Shown: one piece after another, positions 12,023-21,171 of the stretch | How the letters are laid out: the number at the start of each line of letters is the position of its first letter | How positions within the stretch are numbered: position 1 is the stretch's first letter | NCBI GenBank assembly: GCA_947627655.1 | Contig: CANQWW010000001.1 | Location: forward strand, 1-48,131 | From: an uncultured Acinetobacter sp. | GTDB lineage: Bacteria > Pseudomonadota > Gammaproteobacteria > Pseudomonadales > Moraxellaceae | Reading direction: 5' to 3' | DNA: 48,131 nucleotides | Made by a program: the position numbers and the translations under genes | Notes under the pieces: model-generated | Databases searched by the model: none | What the model saw: only the letters and a program-made list of their open reading frames with translations | What the model was told of the DNA's origin: nothing

Positions 12023-13426
12023 TTAGCAGAACTTATAACCACCAAAACAGTTAGGGGTTACTTTTTGATTTTGTAATAATTTATCAGTTAAAGTCAGTTG
12101 AGCTGGGCTACCATTGATATAGTTGGTAAATCCACCAACATCAATATTTAATTTACGTACTACCGCTACGTTTGCTAGTGAGCCTATCGCTTCAATAGCG
12201 TTAACATCAATCAGGTTTTCCGGTTTTAACAAAAAGTCACTAATTGCTGTAGCCACTTGGGGTAACACATACGAAATATCGACTTGATCTTGTGTTTTTA
12301 AATAGCCTAAATCTATAGGATCCTTAAATGACATCCACCAACCCGGTTGGGCGATATCTGCCTCATCAGAACCTTGCCACTTCACGGCTTGGCTTTGCAG
12401 TGATAAATAGCCTCCCGTACCATTCAAAGGAATATTATGAATCATATTCAGTGCCTGGTTAAAAGTAATATCAAGATTTAAGTTATCTAAACTTGATCCT
12501 GAATCCATTTTGAAAAATGAGTGTGTTCCAAGATTTATACCGAATAAACTAATCAACGCGGGAAATTCCACATACAACTGATCATTGGCCCAATTCGGAT
12601 TTCCAATCACATTGGTCATATTGCCACCTGCGGCTAATGGAATCGTCGGGATTGTTGAACGAATCCCTGATACACGCGCAGAGTTAATTCGACTCCCAGA
12701 CACGACTGTTTCTGGCATTTCAAAGTTTACACGCATCGAGGGTACGGTAATCCCAGTATGACCATCTGATCCAGGTTTACTCGTAAATTTTCTGGTTTGT
12801 CCGAGTGCTTTCAAATTTCCAGAAATTTTTTGATCGTCGGTTATACCGAATTTAGCTTCTTGTGTGAGTGACTCCCCTTGAGTTGCTGCCATTTTCATAT
12901 AACCACTAAAGCTTTTAATCCCATCGGTCGGGTTTTCGACGTTATCTGTTCCTAAAGTCAACAAACCAATAATATTCTCAGCACCTAAACGAAAACCGAC
13001 CACTTCACGTGTAGCAGCACTATTGCCTTTAATTGCAAACTCAACAAAAGGATTGGTGACTTGAGCACTTGTACCTGCACGTTCAGAAGTAAATACTGGA
13101 CTCTTTGTTTCATCATCGAAGGTCTGATTTAAACCACTCAAACCAATATTTGAAATATCAATATCACATCCAGTTTTAACACTATTATTTGATCCACCAC
13201 AGCCAAGCTGTAGCGTTTTGATATTCACATTTAATTCCATCAAGGCTTCAATACTTAATTTGCTAAAGTTAATACCTTGTCCTGCATCGTAGCTGTTTTG
13301 CAAATTCAGTAAGGCCTGTGCATCCACATGGGAAAGTTCTGAATCAGTTAAGACTGTCATCGCATGTGTTGTTGCCATCAGTCCAATCATCGACAGCGCT
13401 AAAGTTTTTAAAATTATTTTTGTCAT
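12023..13426 (-). CDS. Secreted FilA/DUF6160-like protein (467 aa)
   Basis: Start moved to MTKIILKTLAL (ATG at 13426, AAGGA RBS). Sec signal ending THA, then MTVLTDSELSHVDAQ; beta-rich G/N/T composition; ends in CFGGYKFC. Confidence 0.7.
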   Translation of the reverse strand: MTKIILKTLALSMIGLMATTHAMTVLTDSELSHVDAQALLNLQNSYDAGQGINFSKLSIEALMELNVNIKTLQLGCGGSNNSVKTGCDIDISNIGLSGLNQTFDDETKSPVFTSERAGTSAQVTNPFVEFAIKGNSAATREVVGFRLGAENIIGLLTLGTDNVENPTDGIKSFSGYMKMAATQGESLTQEAKFGITDDQKISGNLKALGQTRKFTSKPGSDGHTGITVPSMRVNFEMPETVVSGSRINSARVSGIRSTIPTIPLAAGGNMTNVIGNPNWANDQLYVEFPALISLFGINLGTHSFFKMDSGSSLDNLNLDITFNQALNMIHNIPLNGTGGYLSLQSQAVKWQGSDEADIAQPGWWMSFKDPIDLGYLKTQDQVDISYVLPQVATAISDFLLKPENLIDVNAIEAIGSLANVAVVRKLNIDVGGFTNYINGSPAQLTLTDKLLQNQKVTPNCFGGYKFC

Positions 13427-13455
13427 TCTATTGTCCTTTATTCTCATCGCTTATT

Positions 13456-15738
13456 TTAACGTGGCTTAATTCCTAATGTGCTGCGTATCATCCCGCCCGT
13501 CATAGCAATATTTGCAATTTTCTGCATCTGCCCATTGGTTTGCATTGCAAAGTTCGTTCTAAATGGCTCTGCGATATTTTGGCTTGGGTTAAAATTGACC
13601 TGATTATCCATGACCACAGTGTCTTCACTCAGACGAATTTTTCCATTAAGACCGAGCTCACCCTGAATACGGTTAAAGTTCAATGAAGAGATTAAAGGAT
13701 CACCTCTTAGGTTGACATCTTCATTACTGAGACTAAAGTAACTTCCTAAGTTTTCCGGATCATCGATTTCCGCTGCAGTCAGTGGTCTAAATTTGAACTT
13801 CCCTTGATACGATAAGAAATTTGTGTCTGGAGAGGTATCGGTTGGATCTACGCCTGGAATAATAAGTAAATCACCACTACCATCCAGTTTAAAAGCAATA
13901 TTCATCAGCACATCATCTTGTTTTGAAAAGCTATCATGTGCAACATATGCTCCGCAGTTAGTTGAACTTACTCCAATGCAATTATATTTTGAGCCTGGTA
14001 ATTGACCTATTGCTAACTCCGCACTTGCGGCAACAAGCAACTTATCTGCATAAATATGTAGACCTTCATCTTCATAACCAATAATACCGTTTGATTCAAT
14101 CAGTGCATCAATATTTCTCAAGCCAGCATAATAGTTTACCGGTTCACCATGAACGCCATTCTGACCATCAATCAAAATAATAGAAGTAGTACTCGGCAAG
14201 CCTGTTTTTGCATCGATACCATAACCTTCTGTTGATGCCATTATGTTATACGCCAAGCCCTGTTGACCTGTTGAGCCATAATTTGTCCCTTTTAACGCTA
14301 CATTGGCATTCAGGTTATAAACTGGAATACCAATCCCCCATGAGCCACCATCCCCGTCAAGTTCAGACAAGGAGTTATCAGAAATGAAACGTGCTTTGGC
14401 TGCAATCGATTGGAAGTCCATGCCACGGATCGCGATCAGGACAAAATCCTCACTATTTTCATGAGCAGCTAATACTTGTTTTAATGTATTGTTTTCAGCT
14501 TGCAATGCCTGTTTCAAATTGTCATTAACAATGAATTCAAGCTCTTTGCCCGTAATGGTATTTAGGTACAAATCCCCAAAGTCAATATAGGAGTTTTTAC
14601 CATGCAATTGACCTTGTGCATTCCTGGTGGTTAAAGGCCTAAGCTTAGAAAACTCAACTGCATAACTCCCTTTGCCAGTATGCCCAATTTCTAAAGTTGT
14701 TGGGCTCATCGTTGAAGGTATGTTGAGATCATTTTCATTGGTAAAATCAGCAGCTAGGGCAAAATGTAATCCCCCTGAACCTACTAAATCCTGATAACCC
14801 GCGGCATTTTTGCTTTCACGTGTATAAGTCCCAGTACTGGTTTTATTGCTGACATCAAAGGCAGATACTCTGGTCTGATCACCTGACAGCGCAAGACGTG
14901 CATTGGTCACTGCACCCGATGCCCCCATACGCATGATATTTTTTCGCTCATTATTGGGACTGTTATAGCGTAAATCTATATTGATACCTGGATTCGTCGC
15001 ATTACGCCCTGTAGCCACATCTGTGGTGTCAGCAACTCGCCCTAAATCGATATAATGATCTTGATCGCCGTTTTTCGTCGTCAGCACTATCCCCTCATCT
15101 GCAGCAATGTACATGTAGCCTTGCCCTGCAAAATTGAAGTTAAAGTCATTTAAGATCAGGCTATTTTCACCCAATTTATGGCTAATGGTGGCATTTTGCA
15201 GTCGAAAGTCGAGGCTTGCTTTTTCATCTTTATTGAATAAACCGGCACTAGTTTGCAACAATACACTGAGTGGCGTCGATGTACTAAGACCAATACTGCC
15301 TAAGGAATTTAGCGTCTGTGTTCCTGCAGTTCGAATCGAAGTAGAATCAGGTGCACAGTCTAAATTTTTACATGCTGTTTTCACTAAATTTAGATCAGCG
15401 GTCGCGCTAAAAGGTGAGACACTCGCTGCAATCCTTAAGCCTGCTCCAGCGGCTGTAGCACCCACATCAAACTCAATCTGACTCAGAATAGACTGTCCAT
15501 TGATACCTTGCATATTAAAACCATGTAAACCCAAGCCCATTTTTACCTCGGATTGCGGGTTTGGATCATACCAATTGATCTGCTCGGCTGTGGCTTTAGA
15601 TATTTCATGGGTGATAATAATCCCATCTTGACCTGTCACCTTAGATAGATCTTGCTCTGCAATTGGTTGCAATGCATAAGACTGTTGCACAAGACAAATA
15701 CATGCAGTGAGAACATTCAGTTTTACTATTTTTTTCAT
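13456..15738 (-). CDS. Secreted DUF6160-family (FilA-like) protein (760 aa)
   Basis: Signal peptide ending SYA, followed by LQPIAEQDLSKVTGQDGIII, the pattern typical of FilA/DUF6160 N-termini. Confidence 0.78.
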   Translation of the reverse strand: MKKIVKLNVLTACICLVQQSYALQPIAEQDLSKVTGQDGIIITHEISKATAEQINWYDPNPQSEVKMGLGLHGFNMQGINGQSILSQIEFDVGATAAGAGLRIAASVSPFSATADLNLVKTACKNLDCAPDSTSIRTAGTQTLNSLGSIGLSTSTPLSVLLQTSAGLFNKDEKASLDFRLQNATISHKLGENSLILNDFNFNFAGQGYMYIAADEGIVLTTKNGDQDHYIDLGRVADTTDVATGRNATNPGINIDLRYNSPNNERKNIMRMGASGAVTNARLALSGDQTRVSAFDVSNKTSTGTYTRESKNAAGYQDLVGSGGLHFALAADFTNENDLNIPSTMSPTTLEIGHTGKGSYAVEFSKLRPLTTRNAQGQLHGKNSYIDFGDLYLNTITGKELEFIVNDNLKQALQAENNTLKQVLAAHENSEDFVLIAIRGMDFQSIAAKARFISDNSLSELDGDGGSWGIGIPVYNLNANVALKGTNYGSTGQQGLAYNIMASTEGYGIDAKTGLPSTTSIILIDGQNGVHGEPVNYYAGLRNIDALIESNGIIGYEDEGLHIYADKLLVAASAELAIGQLPGSKYNCIGVSSTNCGAYVAHDSFSKQDDVLMNIAFKLDGSGDLLIIPGVDPTDTSPDTNFLSYQGKFKFRPLTAAEIDDPENLGSYFSLSNEDVNLRGDPLISSLNFNRIQGELGLNGKIRLSEDTVVMDNQVNFNPSQNIAEPFRTNFAMQTNGQMQKIANIAMTGGMIRSTLGIKPR

Positions 15739-15775
15739 TATTCATATCCTTACGCCGTCTACTGAGTCCATTAGG

Positions 15776-16498
15776 TTAACAACGACTTCCTGCAACGCCT
15801 GAACAGTTATAACTAAATATTTTTAAGTTCCCTGACATATGTAAGTTGCCATGCATATTTAGTCCCATAAAGCCTTTTTCAGCACCTTGGTCAAAACTTG
15901 GAACTGCGGTGGGGGTTTCAATAATGTTGCCATCCGTATCGATCGTTTTACGATTATAGGTTGTATACGTCGTTGTATTTGCATAGCCTTCCAGAGCACC
16001 TGTGCCTGTGCCGGTTTCAATGGACATGGTATTAAAACCAAGGTTACGAATTTTTAAAGGTTTATCATCAGAGAAAGTAATTTTCATCGCACTTTGTGCT
16101 TTACCGGCCGAATTAATGATGGTGTCACCATCTATCGAAAACTCATCAATTTGAAGCGTCCCTTGAAGGCCCTTAAAAACGAGCCATTTCTGATTACCGT
16201 TTTCATCGACATGATTATTCGGTGCAATTGCTAAGCGGCAAAACTGTTTTGTTGCACCACAAGCAGCCGGGTCTAACACATAGAATGCTTCTAGCACATT
16301 GCCATTGCCATCTTTACGGGAAATATCAGTTTTGCTTAAGTCTGTTGCATACACATGATTTAGCGATAAAGTCCAGTTTAAATCTGCACCACCTTGGCCC
16401 GCAATATCTGTCATTTCAACTGTATCGAGTGCTTCTAATCCGGCATAACTTACAACAGATGTACTCAGTAATGTTCCCAGTAGAAAATTTTTCAACAT
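15776..16498 (-). CDS. Secreted FilA/DUF6160-like protein (~240 aa)
   Basis: The AAGGAG RBS favours the ATG at 16498 (track start is 16504). Signal ending SYA, then GLEALDTVEMTDIAGQGG; ends in CSGVAGSRC. Confidence 0.72.
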   Translation of the reverse strand: MLKNFLLGTLLSTSVVSYAGLEALDTVEMTDIAGQGGADLNWTLSLNHVYATDLSKTDISRKDGNGNVLEAFYVLDPAACGATKQFCRLAIAPNNHVDENGNQKWLVFKGLQGTLQIDEFSIDGDTIINSAGKAQSAMKITFSDDKPLKIRNLGFNTMSIETGTGTGALEGYANTTTYTTYNRKTIDTDGNIIETPTAVPSFDQGAEKGFMGLNMHGNLHMSGNLKIFSYNCSGVAGSRC

Positions 16499-16510
16499 GT
16501 CCATACTCCT

Positions 16511-18343
16511 TTATAAACCTGTTGTTTTAATTTTTAGATGTTGAATCAGGACACCATCAATCACAGCTGAACCAAAGTTTTTGCTATTACCCGTGGTATC
16601 CTTAAACATAATACCGGTTGCATTTGCCCCATCTATCGCACGTAGTCTATTCGTGTCTGGGATACGCTCTACCGAACCAATCGCAATACTGCTATGCGTA
16701 GCCGTGTTGCCTTGATAACTTGTGCTACCACTCATGATCGGTGTACCACATTGATAAACATTACAAGTGGAGCCTTTCATATCAACACTCCCCAAGCCAC
16801 CACCATAGTTCTGATAAATTTTGTTATAAATAGAAGGGATATTGGGAATACGAGTCACTTCTAAAATAATATTATTGCCTTCAGATCCGACAACAAAAGG
16901 TTGATACATATTGCCTAAAACCAAGTTAATGTTAGGGCTATAGAGGTACACACCTTCATAATCATTAAAGATTGGAGCTTCTGAGCGATTCATTGCTGGT
17001 GTTGGACCGTCACCATCAGAATTATTATCGCGTGCAGCTGTACTGATACGTATTCCTCGGTGACTCAGATCTGCATCATCTTTAGTTAAAGTTTCAGGCG
17101 CATCATTGGTATTGAGACGGATAATGCTTGCCAGACCTAGTGTTTCACTATAATTGATATCGGATGACTCTAATGTTTGAAATAGCCTCACTTGTGAACC
17201 ATTTAAACTTAGGCCATTGGCAACAACTTGTAGACGTAATCGTTGATCTACTGATAATCCCGAAGTAGGAGCACCGGTGATAGGGTCAACTACATTACTA
17301 CTCTGGAAATCACGTGCAAAAATATCTGCCCATAAACCCAGTTTAATATTGTTATCCGCTGCTGTTCCATTTACCGGCATTAACGGTGCTTCAATAGCAA
17401 TATAACCCACATCTTTTGGAGTCTCGGTAAACTGCATCACATTTTCTTGCGTACCGGCATGAACCAACCAGGGGTTATCAGCAGTGCCCCAATTAAAGCC
17501 TTCATTACTAAAGCGTGTACTTAAAGAGCCGTCACTTTTAGAAAGTGCTAAGCCATAAATAAAAACATCTGCTTTGGTTTTCTGTTGTGAAATCTGACTC
17601 ACTACGGAATTAGAAGCTGATGGTACAGCTACTAATTTTGCTTCCTTTATGGGATCTTTTTGAGTTAACTGTGCTTGTCTAACTGCTTCAGCTTCTATCC
17701 AATTCTTAGTATCAGTTTCCACTTTTGCTGTCGCATCATCAACCACTGATTCCCGTTCTTTAATTCTTGCAATTGTGCGCCTTTCTGCTTCTGCGGCACC
17801 CCGCCAAATATGACTATTATAAAAAGCCTGGTATTCATTTAAAGCATTACTTCTATTCCAATACCGATCAATTTCTGCTTTTTCATAAGTAGCATATCTA
17901 CTGTTATAAAATTCAGTATATTTGGAACTATATAAAGTGGTGTCTGCTTTAACCTCACCATATTTCGTCGTGTACGCTGTCGTGTTATTGTTTACAGCAG
18001 TTTGATAAGCAGTTTGATAATCTGATGCATATTTCTTTTCATAATAATTATCATATAAGTATTGGTAGTTTTCACCCGTCGGAATAATCCGAATAAAACC
18101 CGTATCTGCTTTTCCTGGATCTACAATACTACGTGCATAACTCGAACCAGCTGACAGATCATTCGGCCCCTGAAACACCATTTTAAAATTATCAAGTACA
18201 AGTGCCACACCTTCGCCCGTTGTATCGGACAGGCTATGGTCTGATAACTCCTGCATCGCATGAGCAGCAGGAAAGATTGACATGCTCATTAATAGTGTCA
18301 AATAGCGCTTACGAAAACGATGAATTCGAATTGATTGAGTCAT
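16511..18343 (-). CDS. Secreted FilA/DUF6160-like protein (610 aa) with a Tyr-rich helical insert
   Basis: Signal ending AHA, then MQELSDHSLSDTTGEGVAL; first gene of a tightly spaced four-gene operon. Confidence 0.72.
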   Translation of the reverse strand: MTQSIRIHRFRKRYLTLLMSMSIFPAAHAMQELSDHSLSDTTGEGVALVLDNFKMVFQGPNDLSAGSSYARSIVDPGKADTGFIRIIPTGENYQYLYDNYYEKKYASDYQTAYQTAVNNNTTAYTTKYGEVKADTTLYSSKYTEFYNSRYATYEKAEIDRYWNRSNALNEYQAFYNSHIWRGAAEAERRTIARIKERESVVDDATAKVETDTKNWIEAEAVRQAQLTQKDPIKEAKLVAVPSASNSVVSQISQQKTKADVFIYGLALSKSDGSLSTRFSNEGFNWGTADNPWLVHAGTQENVMQFTETPKDVGYIAIEAPLMPVNGTAADNNIKLGLWADIFARDFQSSNVVDPITGAPTSGLSVDQRLRLQVVANGLSLNGSQVRLFQTLESSDINYSETLGLASIIRLNTNDAPETLTKDDADLSHRGIRISTAARDNNSDGDGPTPAMNRSEAPIFNDYEGVYLYSPNINLVLGNMYQPFVVGSEGNNIILEVTRIPNIPSIYNKIYQNYGGGLGSVDMKGSTCNVYQCGTPIMSGSTSYQGNTATHSSIAIGSVERIPDTNRLRAIDGANATGIMFKDTTGNSKNFGSAVIDGVLIQHLKIKTTGL

Positions 18344-18541
18344 CTCAAATTTCCTTCTTATCCGATGCTCCGCATCGTTATTTATCAGCTTCCTAGCTGT
18401 GCTCTAATTTTTTATATTTTCTAGTGGCATACATTCAGGTATGTATTTTTCTAATCAATATTCTCTGTCTATTATGCTCATTTTTATGTGTGATGCAAAA
18501 AGCAAAGCGCTGAAAAGCCAAGTTTCCGATGAATGAAATCC

Positions 18542-18575
18542 AAAAAAATAAACGGGACATAGAGTCCCGTTTATT
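18542..18575 (-). terminator. Intrinsic terminator of dcd
   Basis: Inverted repeat AATAAACGGGAC/GTCCCGTTTATT with a T run on the minus strand. Confidence 0.8.
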
Positions 18576-18591
18576 CAAAAGTTTAAGCTTA

Positions 18592-19161
18592 TTAGGCTTT
18601 CGGCAAAGTAACACCGGTCTGACCTTGGTATTTACCGCCCCGGTCTTTATAAGAAGTTTCACATACTTCGTCAGATTCAAAGAACAGCATTTGTGCCACA
18701 CCTTCACCTGCATAAATACGGGCCGGTAAGTTGGTGGTGTTGGAGAATTCAAGTGTGACGTGGCCTTCCCACTCTGGCTCAAGTGGTGTTACGTTAACAA
18801 TAATTCCGCAACGCGCATAAGTCGATTTACCTAAGCAAACGGTCAATACATTACGTGGAATACGGAAATATTCTACTGTACGCGCCAAGGCAAATGAGTT
18901 CGGTGGAATAATACACACATCAGATTCAATGTCGATAAAGCTTTTATCATCAAAGTTTTTCGGATCGACAATTGCTGAATGCACATTGGTAAACACCTTA
19001 AACTCACGTGCGCAGCGTACATCATAACCATAGCTTGATACCCCGTAGGAAATCAGCTTTTGACCATCTTCATCAAAACGGACCTGGTTTTCTGCATACG
19101 GTTCGATCATGCCATGTTTTTCGCTCATTTCGCGAATCCAGCGATCAGACTTAATTGCCAT
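18592..19161 (-). CDS. dcd: dCTP deaminase
   Basis: [10 protein letters not shown]...[11 protein letters not shown]...GKSTYARCG...[10 protein letters not shown]. Start placed at the ATG at 19161 (189 aa) rather than the longer track ORF. Confidence 0.96.
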   Translation of the reverse strand: MAIKSDRWIREMSEKHGMIEPYAENQVRFDEDGQKLISYGVSSYGYDVRCAREFKVFTNVHSAIVDPKNFDDKSFIDIESDVCIIPPNSFALARTVEYFRIPRNVLTVCLGKSTYARCGIIVNVTPLEPEWEGHVTLEFSNTTNLPARIYAGEGVAQMLFFESDEVCETSYKDRGGKYQGQTGVTLPKA

Positions 19162-19681
19162 TCTATAAAATCCAGAAATCTTAAAATCAATTATTGCGAC
19201 GTACTTTAACTGAAATCTCACTTAATGAAAATAAGCGATCTCACCGGATGTTGAATTGGTGCTTTTTTACCAGAATTATAGGCTTAATATCGCAGAATAA
19301 CTCAGCGGCACCGAAAAACTGACCAGCACTAAAGAGGCGGTTTTTTGCATGTTTTTTGGTTGAGCCACTAGCTAGCCTCGAGAAATCAGAACAGTGTCAT
19401 TGGAATCCGTATCTCTTTCATAGACCTCTCTTTTACCGCACGCTGAGTCATGATGTTTAAGTTACAAATTTAAGCTGTCTATCTTGCTCAATTTAATCAA
19501 CATATTGATAAAGTAAATTTTTGAAAAAAATGCGATTAAAAGTATTCAGGCAAAATATTTGCTGTTAAATTGTACAAAGACAACAAGTGATCATTCATAT
19601 TTTTTTTACATCCAGACGGTTTAGTACATTGTTGTTTTAATTATATTTTTAAGAACTACAGAATAATATTAGGAGTTAGAG

Positions 19682-20686
19682 ATGAATAAATGGATCAAGC
19701 TTTCAGTCATGAGTTTAGCACTGTCCGGTGTAGTAGCCTGCTCAAATGATAATGCACAAAATAACTCTGCCAATCAGACTGCAGCCGGTGAAAGTGTTGC
19801 TGCAGATAAGCTACAAACCCGCTTTGTAAATATCGCAACAGGCGGTGCCTCAGGTCCTTATAATGTTATTGGAACAGGATTGGCTGAAATTTATAATAAG
19901 ACCTACGGCGTTAACTCTAAAACCCAAACGACCGGCGCCTCAGTCGAAAACCTGAATTTATTGAAACAGAATAAAGTTGAAATGGCTTTTGTCATGAGTG
20001 ACAGCCTAACCGAAGCGATTAACGGCCAAGGCAGTTTTGGCACCAAGATCGATAATGTACAGCAGATCGCAGCGCTTTATCCAAACTATGTGCAAATCGT
20101 GACATCAAAACGTTCTGGTATCAAAAATATTGAAGACCTGAAAGGCAAACGTATTGCAGTTGGCGCACAAAACTCTGGTGTAGAAGTGAATGCTCGTAGC
20201 TTATTAAATGGCTTTGGCATCACTTATAAGGATGTGAAAGTTGATTATCTGGGTTATGCAGAAGCTGCTGATGCTTTAAAAGGTGGCAAGCTGGATGCAG
20301 CCTTCCTGACCAGTGGTATTCCTAACTCTTCCCTAATGGAACTGCAGCAAGGTTTTGACTTGCAACTGGTCAGCATCAATCCGGATAAGGTGAAAGCCAT
20401 CGCCAAAGATCAGGCTTATTTCTTGCCGATGACCATTCCTAAAGGTACGTATGGCAATGCTGAAGATATTCCTACTGCTGCGATCATGAATGCGCTGGTG
20501 GTTCGTTCGGATCTCTCTACAGATGATGTTTATAAACTGACTAAAACGTTCTTCTCCAGCCTGGATCAATTGGCAAATTCACATCAAGCTGCGAAAGAAA
20601 TCACTTTAGAAGGTGCGCAAAAAGGCCTGGTTGCTCCAGTGCATCCGGGCGCGCAAAAATTCTATGATGAGAATAAAGCGAACTGA
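19682..20686 (+). CDS. TAXI-family TRAP transporter solute receptor (lipoprotein)
   Basis: Lipobox VVAC; TAXI motifs IATGGASGPY, TGASVEN and PVHPGAQKFY; AGGAG RBS. Confidence 0.92.
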   Translation: MNKWIKLSVMSLALSGVVACSNDNAQNNSANQTAAGESVAADKLQTRFVNIATGGASGPYNVIGTGLAEIYNKTYGVNSKTQTTGASVENLNLLKQNKVEMAFVMSDSLTEAINGQGSFGTKIDNVQQIAALYPNYVQIVTSKRSGIKNIEDLKGKRIAVGAQNSGVEVNARSLLNGFGITYKDVKVDYLGYAEAADALKGGKLDAAFLTSGIPNSSLMELQQGFDLQLVSINPDKVKAIAKDQAYFLPMTIPKGTYGNAEDIPTAAIMNALVVRSDLSTDDVYKLTKTFFSSLDQLANSHQAAKEITLEGAQKGLVAPVHPGAQKFYDENKAN

Positions 20687-21171
20687 TGAAACGGATACAA
20701 GGTGCAGCAATCGCTGCACTTTTTAGTTTGGCTGCCTTTTTTATCACTTATTTTGGGATGAAGTTTCCTTATATCCTTGTTGAAGTTGAAGAGCAAAATT
20801 TTCAGTGCAAAATTAAGCAAAACACTTTTCAGCTCAGCTGGATTCACTCCGTAGAAAAAACCCAATGGAAGGAACGTTATCTTCAAGACAATAAAATTTT
20901 AATTTTGACAGAAACCCAGTTTGTTTCATTTGGTGCAGGAACACCTGATCAAGGTGTTATTAGTCGGCAGGAAGATGGCAACATCGAGATGCAAATTAAC
21001 AGGAAACTTAAAGAGCTCAATTGGGTGATATCTCGCAGGATGCAGGGAAAAATCGAGATCGCTGATCGGATCTGGAACATTTACAAGGACTTTCCTGATT
21101 ACAGCACGGTACACATCTCTATAAGAAAAGACAGCCTATGGAAAAAAAGAGGTTTAAATAATTGCCTATGA
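20686..21171 (+). CDS. DUF1850-like protein of the TAXI-TRAP operon
   Basis: FQLSWIHSVEKTQWKERY and FVSFGAG motifs; TGATG overlap with the receptor gene. Confidence 0.8.
   Translation: MKRIQGAAIAALFSLAAFFITYFGMKFPYILVEVEEQNFQCKIKQNTFQLSWIHSVEKTQWKERYLQDNKILILTETQFVSFGAGTPDQGVISRQEDGNIEMQINRKLKELNWVISRRMQGKIEIADRIWNIYKDFPDYSTVHISIRKDSLWKKRGLNNCL

Noticed and set aside
18435-19221. Longer 209-aa dcd ORF and overlapping ORFs 18435-18782 and 18529-18729
   Set aside because: Dcd homology begins at MAIKSDRW (19161). The other ORFs overlap dcd or its terminator and have no recognisable features.
19222-19681. Long dcd-TAXI spacer examined for a tRNA, sRNA or leader peptide (minus-strand MKEIRIPMTLF with a GAGG RBS)
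   Set aside because: No cloverleaf or convincing stable structure was found, and the 11-codon ORF is too short to support without conservation data.
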